This document shows, in pieces, positions 17,078 through 26,783 of a stretch of DNA of 64,000 nucleotides. Origin of the DNA: Gammaproteobacteria bacterium (GTDB taxonomy: Bacteria > Pseudomonadota > Gammaproteobacteria > SURF-13); NCBI GenBank assembly GCA_016195665.1, contig JACPZD010000009.1, positions 12,915 through 76,914 on the forward strand. Direction: 5' to 3'. The first letter of the stretch is position 1, and each line of letters starts with the position of its first letter. A model generated the notes under the pieces. That model saw only the letters and a list, made by a program, of their open reading frames with translations, had not been told where the DNA came from and did no database searches. The position numbers were made by a program, and so were the translations under genes.

Positions 17078-17161
17078 TTTACCGTCTGGAAGCCACGCGG
17101 ATACGACGGTAAATGCAGACACCAAGATTTCAAGAACAAATCTACCGTCAGGTTTACCGTC
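17078..17161. repeat. Four TTTACCGTC-type iterons (right island arm)
   Basis: Sites: 17078-17086 (direct), 17105-17113 (inverted GACGGTAAA), 17141-17149 (TCTACCGTC), 17153-17161 (direct). Confidence 0.6.
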
Positions 17162-17333
17162 AAATCCTCGCGCTGCACGCGCGAACCGCCGACAGATGAG
17201 AGGCGCGAAGCCTTTCGACATCAATCGCTTACCGCCGAAAATCCGCGCAATTGACGATGTAGCCGAAGTGATCGTCTAAAACCAACAAGCCCCCTGATAA
17301 TGCTGAATAAATTTTTTCCGCTTCGGATGCCCG

Positions 17334-18905
17334 TCACTCCCACTCGATGGTGGCGGGCGGCTTGCCTGAGATGTCATACACCACGCGGCTCACGCCGGGC
17401 ACTTCGTTGATAATGCGCGTGGAGATTTTATCCAGCACGTCGTAGGGCAGATGCGCCCAGTGCGCGGTCATGAAGTCCACGGTTTCCACTGCGCGCAGGG
17501 AGATGACATGATCGTAACGGCGCGCGTCGCCCATCACGCCCACGGACTTCACCGGCAGGAACACGGCGAATGCCTGGCTCACCTTGTCGTAGAGGTCGTG
17601 TTTGCGTAGTTCCTCGATAAAAATGGCGTCCGCCTTGCGCAGCGTGTCGGCGTAGTCTTTTTTCACCTCGCCCAGGATGCGCACGCCGAGGCCGGGACCG
17701 GGGAACGGGTGGCGATAGACCATTTCGTAGGGCAGGCCCAGCTCCACGCCGAGACGGCGTACTTCGTCCTTGAACAATTCGCGCAGCGGCTCGACCAGCT
17801 TGAGCTTCATCTTTTCAGGCAGGCCGCCGACGTTGTGATGTGATTTGATGACGTGCGCCTTGCCCGACTTGGCGGCGGCGGATTCGATCACGTCGGGGTA
17901 AATGGTGCCCTGCGCGAGCCATTTGATATTGCGCAGTTTGACGGCCTCTTCCTCAAACACCTCGATAAACAACCGGCCGATATGTTTGCGCTTTTCTTCG
18001 GGGTCAGCGACGCCTTTCAGCGCATGGAGAAAGCGCTGCTCCGCATCCACGCGCAGCACCTTGATGCCCATGTGCTTGGCGAAGGTCGCCATGACCTGAT
18101 CGCCTTCATGCAGGCGCAGCAGGCCGTTGTCCACGAACACGCAGGTCAACTGATCGCCGATGGCCTTGTGCAACAGCGCGGCGACCACCGAGGAATCCAC
18201 GCCGCCGGACAGGCCCAGCAGCACTTCATCCGTACCGACCTGCTTGCGCACCTGCGCGAGGCTGTCGGCGACGATGTTGTGCGGCGTCCACAGCGCGGCG
18301 CAGCCGCAAATCTCCAGCACGAAACGCTGCAGGATGCGCGCGCCCTGGCGCGTGTGCGTGACCTCGGGATGGAATTGCAGGCCGTAAAAATGGCGCGCCT
18401 CGTCGGCCATGCCGGCGAGCGGCGCCGACGGGGTGCTCGCGATCGCCTTGAAGCCGGTTGGCAACCGCGCCACACGGTCGCCGTGGCTCATCCACACGTC
18501 GAGCAGGCCGTGGCCTTCTTCGTTGGTGCGGTCTTCGATATCGCGCAGCAGTTCGGAGTGGCCGCGCGCGCGCGCCTCGGCGTAACCGAATTCGCGGTGA
18601 GCGGAACTCTCCACCTCACCGCCCAACTGCGCCGCCATGGTCTGCATGCCGTAGCAGATGCCGAGCACCGGCACGCCGAGCGTAAAGACCGACTGCGGCG
18701 CGCGCGGCGTGCCCTGCAACGTCACCGACTCCGGCCCGCCGGAGAGAATCACGCCCTTGGGGGCGAAGGCGTGCAGTGCGGCGTCATCCATGTCCCAGGG
18801 ATGAATTTCGCAATATACGCCGAACTCGCGCACGCGCCGCGCGATGAGCTGGGTGTATTGCGATCCGAAATCGAGGATGAGGATGCGGTGGGCGTGGATG
18901 TTCAT
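17334..18905 (-). CDS. guaA: GMP synthase (glutamine-hydrolysing)
   Basis: [27 protein letters not shown]...KPPATIEWE; 523 aa. Confidence 0.97.
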   Translation of the reverse strand: MNIHAHRILILDFGSQYTQLIARRVREFGVYCEIHPWDMDDAALHAFAPKGVILSGGPESVTLQGTPRAPQSVFTLGVPVLGICYGMQTMAAQLGGEVESSAHREFGYAEARARGHSELLRDIEDRTNEEGHGLLDVWMSHGDRVARLPTGFKAIASTPSAPLAGMADEARHFYGLQFHPEVTHTRQGARILQRFVLEICGCAALWTPHNIVADSLAQVRKQVGTDEVLLGLSGGVDSSVVAALLHKAIGDQLTCVFVDNGLLRLHEGDQVMATFAKHMGIKVLRVDAEQRFLHALKGVADPEEKRKHIGRLFIEVFEEEAVKLRNIKWLAQGTIYPDVIESAAAKSGKAHVIKSHHNVGGLPEKMKLKLVEPLRELFKDEVRRLGVELGLPYEMVYRHPFPGPGLGVRILGEVKKDYADTLRKADAIFIEELRKHDLYDKVSQAFAVFLPVKSVGVMGDARRYDHVISLRAVETVDFMTAHWAHLPYDVLDKISTRIINEVPGVSRVVYDISGKPPATIEWE

Positions 18906-18910
18906 AAAGG

Positions 18911-19008
18911 CAGATAAAAGGGCAAAGATACAAGAGGAAAGTTAAAACCTTCCACGCAACATCTCTTCTGTTTTTCCCTTTCCTCTTTTCCCTTGTATCT
19001 TGTATCTG
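18911..19008. repeat. REP-type imperfect inverted repeat between guaA and guaB
   Basis: Arms 18911-18941 and 18978-19008 (…AAGATACAAGAGGAAAG / CTTTCCTCTTTTCCCTTGTATCTT…). Confidence 0.6.
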
Positions 19009-19010
19009 TT

Positions 19011-20555
<1,545 letters not shown>

Positions 20556-20676
20556 CTAGATCTCCTTCGTAATGCCTAAAGACCCTATGCGGGCTGTTTT
20601 TTAGGGGTCGCGGGATAGCCTGCGCAAGGTGAAGTGGCTGTCGCTGTCGCACTCAGCCTTGATCGGTGATAGGGAT

Positions 20677-20705
20677 TTGACATGAGTTTATTGGAAGTTT
20701 AGAGT
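20677..20705 (+). promoter_or_regulatory. Candidate sigma70 promoter of the bEBP gene
   Basis: TTGACA (20677-20682), a 17-nt spacer, then TAGAGT (20700-20705). Confidence 0.3.
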
Positions 20706-20740
20706 GAAAACTTACTATACATTTTGATAAGATAATACCC

Positions 20741-22195
20741 ATGAGTGTTAAAGGTCGTTCGGTCATCCTCGTTGTCAACAACGAAGAAAAAATCCGCGCG
20801 TCCCTCCACCGCTGTCTCATAGAAGACTACACCGTAGTGACGGCCGCAACGGCGGAAGAGGCATTACGACTGCTCGAGGGCCGAGAGGTTGATCTGGTAC
20901 TGTGCGACCAATGGATGCCGGAGATGAGCGGCGTGGAATTCCTCCACCAGCTGCGCGTCTCTCACCCGGAAGTCGTGCGCATTCTCATCACCGACTATAC
21001 TGATCCGCACGACATTATCAAGGCGATCAACGAGGCGGCGGTGTATCAGTTCGTGCCCAAGCCGTGGCAACCGGAGCAATTGCAACTCATCATCAAGCGC
21101 GCCTTGGAGAGCTGCGAACTCGCGAGACGCCATCGCTACTTGAGCCGCGAACTCAAGTTCGCGGAAGACGTGTTGTGGCGGCAAAACGACCGTATGGTGC
21201 GCCTGCTGCAGGATATCTACGAGTTCGACAAGCTGGTATTCGCCAGCGATGCGATGGTTGAGGTCTGCAATCTCGCGCGCAAGGCGGCAGCCACCGATTT
21301 GCCGGTCCTCATTCAAGGCGAGACGGGGACGGGGAAGGAGTTGATGGCGCGGGCGGTGCATTTTTTCAGCACCCGCAAATCGTTCCCTTTCCTGGCGCAA
21401 AACTGCGGTGCTTTTCCCGATGAACTCTTGCACTCGGAACTGTTCGGGCACAAGCGAGGCGCCTACACCGGCGCAATCAGCGACCGGCTGGGCCTATTTC
21501 CGGCAGCGGATGGCGGCACAGTGTTCCTCGACGAAATATCGGAGGTCTCGCCCTCGTTCCAGGTCAGCCTGTTGCGCTTCTTGCAGGAGGGAGAAGTAAA
21601 GCCCCTGGGTACCCATCAAACCCGGCAATGCAATGTGCGCATCGTTGCCGCCACCAACCGGCCGCTGGCGGAACTGGTGGAACAAGGCCAGTTTCGCCGC
21701 GATCTTTACTACCGGTTACGCGGTTTTGAGATCAATATTCCGGCGCTGCGCGAGCGGCCCGAGGATATCCCGGTGCTTGCGGAACATGCCGTCCACAAGT
21801 ATGCAGCATCTATCAACCGCAAGATCGCCGGTATCGCCTCCGAAGTCATCCAGCGACTCAAGCATTATGCCTTCCCGGGCAACGTGCGCGAGCTTGAAAA
21901 TGAGATGCGCCGTATGGTGGCCATGGCCGAGGATGGAGAAATACTCACGGTCAAGCACATGTCGCCTGAGCTTATGCGCCTGACGGCGCCGCCGGACAAG
22001 ACCCTGCCAACGGATTTCCTGGCCGGCGCAGGCGCGCTCAAGGAACGTGTCGAGGCCTTGGAGACGCATCTGGTCGCACAGATGTTGCTTAAGCACAAAT
22101 GGAATTACAGCCGCGCGGCCCGTGAACTGGGTCTTTCGCGCGTCGGGCTTGCCAACAAGATCAAGCGCTACAAACTCGATCAGAAACCCATTTAG
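20741..22195 (+). CDS. Sigma54-dependent response regulator (NtrC/HoxA/HupR-like bEBP)
   Basis: REC domain, AAA+ domain (GETGTGKE, GAYTGA loop) and a C-terminal Fis-type HTH. Lies directly upstream of the hydrogenase genes. Confidence 0.9.
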   Translation: MSVKGRSVILVVNNEEKIRASLHRCLIEDYTVVTAATAEEALRLLEGREVDLVLCDQWMPEMSGVEFLHQLRVSHPEVVRILITDYTDPHDIIKAINEAAVYQFVPKPWQPEQLQLIIKRALESCELARRHRYLSRELKFAEDVLWRQNDRMVRLLQDIYEFDKLVFASDAMVEVCNLARKAAATDLPVLIQGETGTGKELMARAVHFFSTRKSFPFLAQNCGAFPDELLHSELFGHKRGAYTGAISDRLGLFPAADGGTVFLDEISEVSPSFQVSLLRFLQEGEVKPLGTHQTRQCNVRIVAATNRPLAELVEQGQFRRDLYYRLRGFEINIPALRERPEDIPVLAEHAVHKYAASINRKIAGIASEVIQRLKHYAFPGNVRELENEMRRMVAMAEDGEILTVKHMSPELMRLTAPPDKTLPTDFLAGAGALKERVEALETHLVAQMLLKHKWNYSRAARELGLSRVGLANKIKRYKLDQKPI

Positions 22196-22247
22196 TCCGT
22201 AAGCGGAGCTCACTTCGCTGTATAGCCGCTTAACAACGCCCTTGATT

Positions 22248-22266
22248 CTGCAAACAAGGTTTGCAG
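22248..22266. promoter_or_regulatory. Palindromic candidate enhancer (UAS)
   Basis: CTGCAAAC-AAG-GTTTGCAG, about 100 nt upstream of the -24/-12 element, with an AT-rich stretch between them. Confidence 0.4.
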
Positions 22267-22354
22267 CATCACCCCCTCTAATGTTTACAGCATTGATTAC
22301 ATAACAACAATAACTATTTGTTATAGAAATAAATTTTATCTAAAACATAATGAC

Positions 22355-22369
22355 GGCATAGTCATTGCA
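22355..22369 (+). promoter_or_regulatory. Sigma54 -24/-12 promoter
   Basis: GGCATAGTCATTGCA has correct GG-N10-GC spacing. It lies 75 nt upstream of the small-subunit ATG. Confidence 0.6.
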
Positions 22370-22443
22370 CTCTCGATTCAGTGGTTTTCACCGCAAAGGC
22401 ATTGCGGTCGAAAACGAAACTCACAACAACATGGAGGAGCGCA

Positions 22444-23406
22444 ATGGCCAATCTACTTTGGTTGCAGGGCGGTGCCTGTTCGGGCAACACAATGTCCTTC
22501 CTGAACGCAGAAGAACCGAGTGCCTGCGACTTGGTAACCGACTTCGGCATCAACATTCTGTGGCATCCCTCGCTCGGTGTGGAACTGGGCGATAACATGA
22601 AAAAGATTCTGCGCGATTGCGTCTCCGGCGCCACTCCGCTCGACATCTTTGTATTCGAGGGAACGGTGGTGAACGCCCCAAACGGCACGGGCGAATGGAA
22701 TCGCTTCGCCGGCCGGCCGATGAAGGAGTGGGTGCGTGAACTGAGCAAGGCCGCACAATTCGTGGTCGCCATCGGCGACTGCGCGACCTGGGGCGGCATT
22801 CCCGCGACCGCGCCGAACCCGTCGGAATCGCAAGGGCTGCAATTTCTGAAGCGCGATTACGGTGGCTTCCTCGGCAAGGGCTGGAAGGCCAAGTCTGGCC
22901 TACCCGTGATCAACATCCCAGGTTGCCCGGCGCACCCGGACTGGATTACGCAGATTGTCGTCGCCGTAGCCACTGGCCGCGCGGGCGACATAGCTCTGGA
23001 CGATTTGCAGCGTCCGAAGACTTTCTTCTCCAGCTTCACGCAGACCGGCTGCACGCGCAACATGCACTTTGCCTACAAGGTATCGGCCACCGAGTTCGGC
23101 CAACGTAAAGGCTGTTTGTTCTATGACCTGGGTTGCCGCGGACCGATGACCCATTCGCCTTGCAACCGCATCCTCTGGAACCGTCAGTCCTCCAAGACAC
23201 GCTCGGGCATGCCATGCCTGGGCTGCACGGAACCGGAGTTCCCGTTCTTCGATCTCGCGCCCGGCACTGTGTTCAAGACGCAGACCGTCATGGGCGTGCC
23301 GAAGGACATGCCGTTGGGGGTGGACAAAAAGGGCTATATGGCGCTCACCTCCGCAGCCAAGAATGCCGCGCCCGCGTGGGCCGAACAGGACATCTTCGTA
23401 GTCTGA
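22444..23406 (+). CDS. [NiFe]-hydrogenase small subunit without a Tat signal (group 2a, HupS/HucS-like)
   Basis: MANLLWLQGGACSGNTMSFLNAEEP... starts directly at the conserved core. A GGAGGAG Shine-Dalgarno precedes ATG 22444. Confidence 0.9.
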   Translation: MANLLWLQGGACSGNTMSFLNAEEPSACDLVTDFGINILWHPSLGVELGDNMKKILRDCVSGATPLDIFVFEGTVVNAPNGTGEWNRFAGRPMKEWVRELSKAAQFVVAIGDCATWGGIPATAPNPSESQGLQFLKRDYGGFLGKGWKAKSGLPVINIPGCPAHPDWITQIVVAVATGRAGDIALDDLQRPKTFFSSFTQTGCTRNMHFAYKVSATEFGQRKGCLFYDLGCRGPMTHSPCNRILWNRQSSKTRSGMPCLGCTEPEFPFFDLAPGTVFKTQTVMGVPKDMPLGVDKKGYMALTSAAKNAAPAWAEQDIFVV

Positions 23407-23445
23407 ACGGCACGCCTCACAAATACCTTTAGGAGGACACACATC

Positions 23446-25041
23446 ATGGCAGTGCAAACACTTGACATCTCTCCCGTCGGGCGCGTTGAGGGCGATCTCG
23501 ATGTGCGCGTGGATATCGAAAACGGCGTCGTCACCAACGCCTGGACCCAGGCGGAGTTGTTCCGTGGTTTTGAAATCATTCTGCGCGACAAGGACCCGCA
23601 GGCCGGGCTGGTGGTGACGCCACGCGCCTGCGGCATCTGCGGCGCCTCGCATCTCACCTGCGCCGCATGGGCGCTGGATACGGCCTGGCAGACTGAGGTG
23701 CCGCGCAACGCAATTCTGGCCCGTAATCTGGGCCAGATCGTCGAAAGTCTGCAAAGCCAGCCGCGCTATTTCTACGGGTTGTATGCGATTGATATGACCA
23801 ACAAAAAATATCGCCGCAGCAAGTACTACGAGGAGGCGTGCAGGCGCTTCGCGCCGTTTACCGGCACGTCCTACGAGGCAGGTGTGACCATCTCTGGAAA
23901 ACCCGTGGAAATTTATGCGCTGCTGGGCGGCCAATGGCCGCATTCCAGCTACATGGTGCCCGGCGGTGTGATGTGCGCGCCGACGCTCACCGACATCACC
24001 CGCGCTTGGTCATTGCTCGAGTATTTCAAGAAGAACTGGCTCGAATCCATCTGGCTCGGCTGCTCACTGGAACGCTACGAGCAAATCAAGACCCACAACG
24101 ATTTCATGGTTTGGCTCGACGAAAGTCCGGCACACGCCAACTCCGACCTTGGGTTCTATTGGCGCATGGGTCTGGATGTGGGGCTCGACAAGTTCGGCGG
24201 CGGCGTCGGCAAGTATATCTCGTGGGGGTACCTGCCTCACGAGGACAAGTACCAGAAGCCGACCATCGAGGGCCGCAATACCGCAGTTATCATGAAGAGC
24301 GGGGTGTATGACAGCATGACCGACAAGCATACCCTGATGAGCCAGGATAAGGCGCGAGAGAACACGACGCATTCCTGGTATGATGAAGGCGGCGCCGATG
24401 TGCATCCATTCGATCGCACCACCAGGCCTATCCAGAAAAACAACATTGATTTCAGCGGCAAATACACCTGGGATACGGCAGTGCTACATTCGGATTTCGG
24501 GCGTTTGGAGGCCGGACCGTTCGCACGGCAAATGGTCGCGGGCGGCAAGCACGGCGAACCGTGGCAGCACTACGACGGGTTCATCCTCGACATGTTTAAA
24601 AAGATGGGCGGCCCGAGCCTGCACCTGCGCCAGATCGCGCGCATGCACGAGACCATCAAGCTCTATCGCCAGGCCGAGCGCTGCCTGCGCGAGTTTCGTC
24701 TGAACGAGCCTTGGTACATCAAACCGAAGGAGAAAGACGGCCGCGGCTGGGGTGCGACGGAAGCGATCCGCGGCGCGCTCTGCCACTGGATCGAGGTCAA
24801 GGACGGCAAGATCAAAAATTATCAGATCATCGCGCCGACCACTTGGAACGTCGGCCCCCGCGACGCCCAGGGCCATCGCGGTCCGATCGAGGAAGCCCTC
24901 ATCGGCGCACCGATTGCGGATGCGACCGATCCGGTGGAGGTCGGCCACGTGGCCAGGTCCTTCGATTCGTGCCTGGTGTGCACGGTGCATGCCCACGACG
25001 CGAAGACCGGCAAGGAGCTGTCACGATTCCGTATTGGTTGA
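23446..25041 (+). CDS. [NiFe]-hydrogenase large subunit (group 2a-like)
   Basis: N-terminal RACGICGASH and C-terminal DSCLVCTVH, followed by a 16-aa extension (AHDAKTGKELSRFRIG) that is a protease substrate. Confidence 0.92.
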   Translation: MAVQTLDISPVGRVEGDLDVRVDIENGVVTNAWTQAELFRGFEIILRDKDPQAGLVVTPRACGICGASHLTCAAWALDTAWQTEVPRNAILARNLGQIVESLQSQPRYFYGLYAIDMTNKKYRRSKYYEEACRRFAPFTGTSYEAGVTISGKPVEIYALLGGQWPHSSYMVPGGVMCAPTLTDITRAWSLLEYFKKNWLESIWLGCSLERYEQIKTHNDFMVWLDESPAHANSDLGFYWRMGLDVGLDKFGGGVGKYISWGYLPHEDKYQKPTIEGRNTAVIMKSGVYDSMTDKHTLMSQDKARENTTHSWYDEGGADVHPFDRTTRPIQKNNIDFSGKYTWDTAVLHSDFGRLEAGPFARQMVAGGKHGEPWQHYDGFILDMFKKMGGPSLHLRQIARMHETIKLYRQAERCLREFRLNEPWYIKPKEKDGRGWGATEAIRGALCHWIEVKDGKIKNYQIIAPTTWNVGPRDAQGHRGPIEEALIGAPIADATDPVEVGHVARSFDSCLVCTVHAHDAKTGKELSRFRIG

Positions 25042-25076
25042 TCGATCCCATATCGAGGCTAACTTAAGCAAGCGAT

Positions 25077-25109
25077 CAGGGGTGCAACCCCTATTTGCAC
25101 CCCTGTTTT
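25077..25109 (+). terminator. Intercistronic stem-loop with a T-tract (attenuator or stabiliser)
   Basis: CAGGGGTGCA-acccctatt-TGCACCCCTG followed by TTTT. Confidence 0.4.
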
Positions 25110-25123
25110 GCTGCGGAGGATCA

Positions 25124-25438
25124 ATGCAACGGGAACAAGAAGACGCGCTTCGCGAGCGGATCGCCTCGTTATTGCGCGCGGGCCTGAAGACCAAGACAGA
25201 GCCCTTCCCGGAGAACGACCGGGAATTCGCCAGTCTGCTGGCTGAACTGCAGCACCTGCCGTCGGATGATCTTGAGGGAAAGCTCGTGATCTCCGGTTTC
25301 GTTGACCACCCTTACGGCGAAGATCAGATGCGCTGCCAGGAGTGCATGTATTACCTGGTGCACCGCAAGTGGTGCGACCTTCCCGAACTCGCACTGCCGG
25401 TGGAGGCGCACTGGTGGTGTCGGCTTTGGCGCATCTAA
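25124..25438 (+). CDS. HiPIP-like Cys-motif protein, paralogue 1 (104 aa, no signal peptide)
   Basis: The C-terminus CQECMYYLVHRKWCDLPELALPVEAHWWCRLWRI has C-x2-C-x9-C-x14-C spacing and a WC..W ending, as in HiPIP. Confidence 0.5.
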   Translation: MQREQEDALRERIASLLRAGLKTKTEPFPENDREFASLLAELQHLPSDDLEGKLVISGFVDHPYGEDQMRCQECMYYLVHRKWCDLPELALPVEAHWWCRLWRI

Positions 25439-25465
25439 TGCGCTCCCCTTGTTGCCGCCGAGTCC

Positions 25466-25777
25466 ATGGACGACGCTCAGCTCAGATCGCGCCTCGCTGA
25501 ACTGCTCGAAAACGGTCTGGATAACTCGCCGGAAGTTCGCGCCTACACGAGCGAAGACGTAAATCGCGTCGTCGCCGAATTGCAAAAGCTCGTCCCCGGC
25601 GACTACGTCGGCAAGCTCACAGTAGCCGGGTTTACCAGTACGCCTTACGACGATGACGAGCTGGAGCAATCGTGCGCGACGTGTATGTATTATGTCGTGC
25701 ACCGCCAGTTTTGCGAGTTGCCTGAACTCATGCTCCCCGTACGCTCAAACTGGTTGTGCCGCTTGTGGAGAATCTGA
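25466..25777 (+). CDS. HiPIP-like Cys-motif protein, paralogue 2 (103 aa)
   Basis: CATCMYYVVHRQFCELPELMLPVRSNWLCRLWRI. Aligns with paralogue 1 over its full length. Confidence 0.5.
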   Translation: MDDAQLRSRLAELLENGLDNSPEVRAYTSEDVNRVVAELQKLVPGDYVGKLTVAGFTSTPYDDDELEQSCATCMYYVVHRQFCELPELMLPVRSNWLCRLWRI

Positions 25778-25781
25778 TCTG

Positions 25782-26261
25782 ATGCTCACGATCATCGGGT
25801 GCGGCAACGCGACGCGCAGCGACGATGCCGTCGGCGTGCTCATCGCGCAACGGCTGCGCGCGGATTTTGATGGCGCCTTGCCGGAGAATGTGCGTATTTT
25901 CGACGCAGGCACCTCCGGTATCGAGGTTATGTTCCATGCGCGGGGCACGACCGCACTCATCGTTGTGGATGCCATGAACAGTGATGCTGAACCCGGCGCT
26001 ATTTTCGAGGTGCCGGGACGGGAATTGGAAACGATTTATGAACCCTCCTTCAGCCTGCACGACTTTCGCTGGGACCACGCGCTCGCTGCGGGCAGAAAAA
26101 TTTTTTGCGGCGCCTTTCCCGAGGACATAACGGTCTATCTCATTCAGGCCGGTAAGCTGGATTTCGGCCTCGAACTTACCGCTCCCGTGAGAACGGCGGC
26201 GGAAAAAGTCATCGCTCGCATCGGGGAGCGGATTCGCGCGTATGGCGCCGCTAAAGCCTAA
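25782..26261 (+). CDS. Hydrogenase maturation endopeptidase (HupD/HybD/HoxW family)
   Basis: MLTIIGCGNATRSDDAVGVLIAQRL... carries the GxGNxxxxDDxxG motif. Confidence 0.85.
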   Translation: MLTIIGCGNATRSDDAVGVLIAQRLRADFDGALPENVRIFDAGTSGIEVMFHARGTTALIVVDAMNSDAEPGAIFEVPGRELETIYEPSFSLHDFRWDHALAAGRKIFCGAFPEDITVYLIQAGKLDFGLELTAPVRTAAEKVIARIGERIRAYGAAKA

Positions 26262-26267
26262 CTAGCC

Positions 26268-26600
26268 TTGGAGGAAACAACGTTATCTTGCAGCGTAACG
26301 GTGGCGCGAGGCAATATCTATTTCAGCCGCGAGATCTACGACGCCTACTTCTCCGGAGCGAGCGCCGTGGCGCTGGTCGAGCGGGAGCACCGCTTGTTTG
26401 TGGTCCCCCTGATTATCCCATCGAGCGGCGGACTGCTGCTCAAGGTGCGCAATACGCGCGGCGACCGCGTGCTGCACGCTCAAGAGTTTTTTCGTGGTCA
26501 TGGTTACGGCGAAGACTTCGAGAAACGTGTTTACCCGGTCGAATTGAACGTCGAGCTGGCGGCGCTGGAAATTATCGGTATCCCACGGCTGACTGTATAG
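26268..26600 (+). CDS. Hypothetical protein in the hydrogenase operon
   Basis: 110-aa ORF with a TTG start. No family recognised. Confidence 0.4.
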   Translation: MEETTLSCSVTVARGNIYFSREIYDAYFSGASAVALVEREHRLFVVPLIIPSSGGLLLKVRNTRGDRVLHAQEFFRGHGYGEDFEKRVYPVELNVELAALEIIGIPRLTV

Positions 26601-26783
26601 TGAAGCACTCAGTATTACCGCCGCTTCTAGGTATTTAATCAGAAACAATCTCTCCATTCGCCTAAAAGTGTAAACATAGTTTTCAATATGAAATAGCAAT
26701 TGACATGTTTTAGAGGGCTACCTACACTTATCGTTAATGTCCCAGCAGTAACGAGACCTATAAAAAACTGGAAGGAGGAAGCG

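Larger units (their letters stand above)
9335..17333. mobile_element. Decayed genomic island inserted at the 3' end of guaA (no integrase left)
   Basis: Bounded by the guaA stop (17334) and the relic guaA terminus (9335). TTTACCGTC repeats lie inside both ends. The content is mosaic, looks lower in G+C by eye, and includes several pseudogenes. Confidence 0.5.

Noticed and set aside
16853-17279. ORFs in the AT-rich island arm next to guaA (16853..17224(-), 17060..17254(+), 17073..17279(+)) as possible integrase or excisionase remnants.
   Set aside because: I could not recognise any recombinase, Xis or other family pattern in any frame. The region is better explained as a non-coding att arm carrying the TTTACCGTC iterons.
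17853-18917. Long antisense ORFs inside well-supported G+C-rich genes. Examples: 17853..18917(+) in guaA, 18993..19961(+) in guaB, 22900..23943(-), 28582..29445(-), 29177..30106(-), 32759..33775(-), 35021..36367(-), 36532..37620(-), 38587..39603(-), 41511..42413(+), 48272..49042(+), 49758..50600(+) and 59349..60167(-).
   Set aside because: Each lies entirely opposite a gene with unmistakable family motifs. Their translations are Arg/Ala/Gly-rich low-complexity strings, typical of shadow frames in high-G+C DNA.
22444-25041. The hydrogenase as a regulatory H2 sensor (HupUV/HoxBC type), given the adjacent NtrC-type regulator.
   Set aside because: The large subunit keeps a C-terminal extension after the DSCLVCTVH motif, and a dedicated maturation endopeptidase gene is present. 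No histidine kinase gene is adjacent. This fits a catalytic enzyme.
24752-25438. The long ORF-track starts 24752 (228 aa), 25653 (202 aa), 30175 (884 aa), 36311 (324 aa), 37135 (287 aa), 39359 (322 aa), 54749..55789 (346 aa) and 56491..57423 (310 aa).
   Set aside because: The upstream parts overlap the preceding genes in other frames. The conserved N-termini (MQREQ..., MLTIIGCGN, VNAPERV..VRGLVQGVGFRP, MCTTCGC, MTLASILL, MRNRLLL signal peptide, MSMNQ, MKPYSE) begin at internal starts placed at or just after the upstream stop codon.
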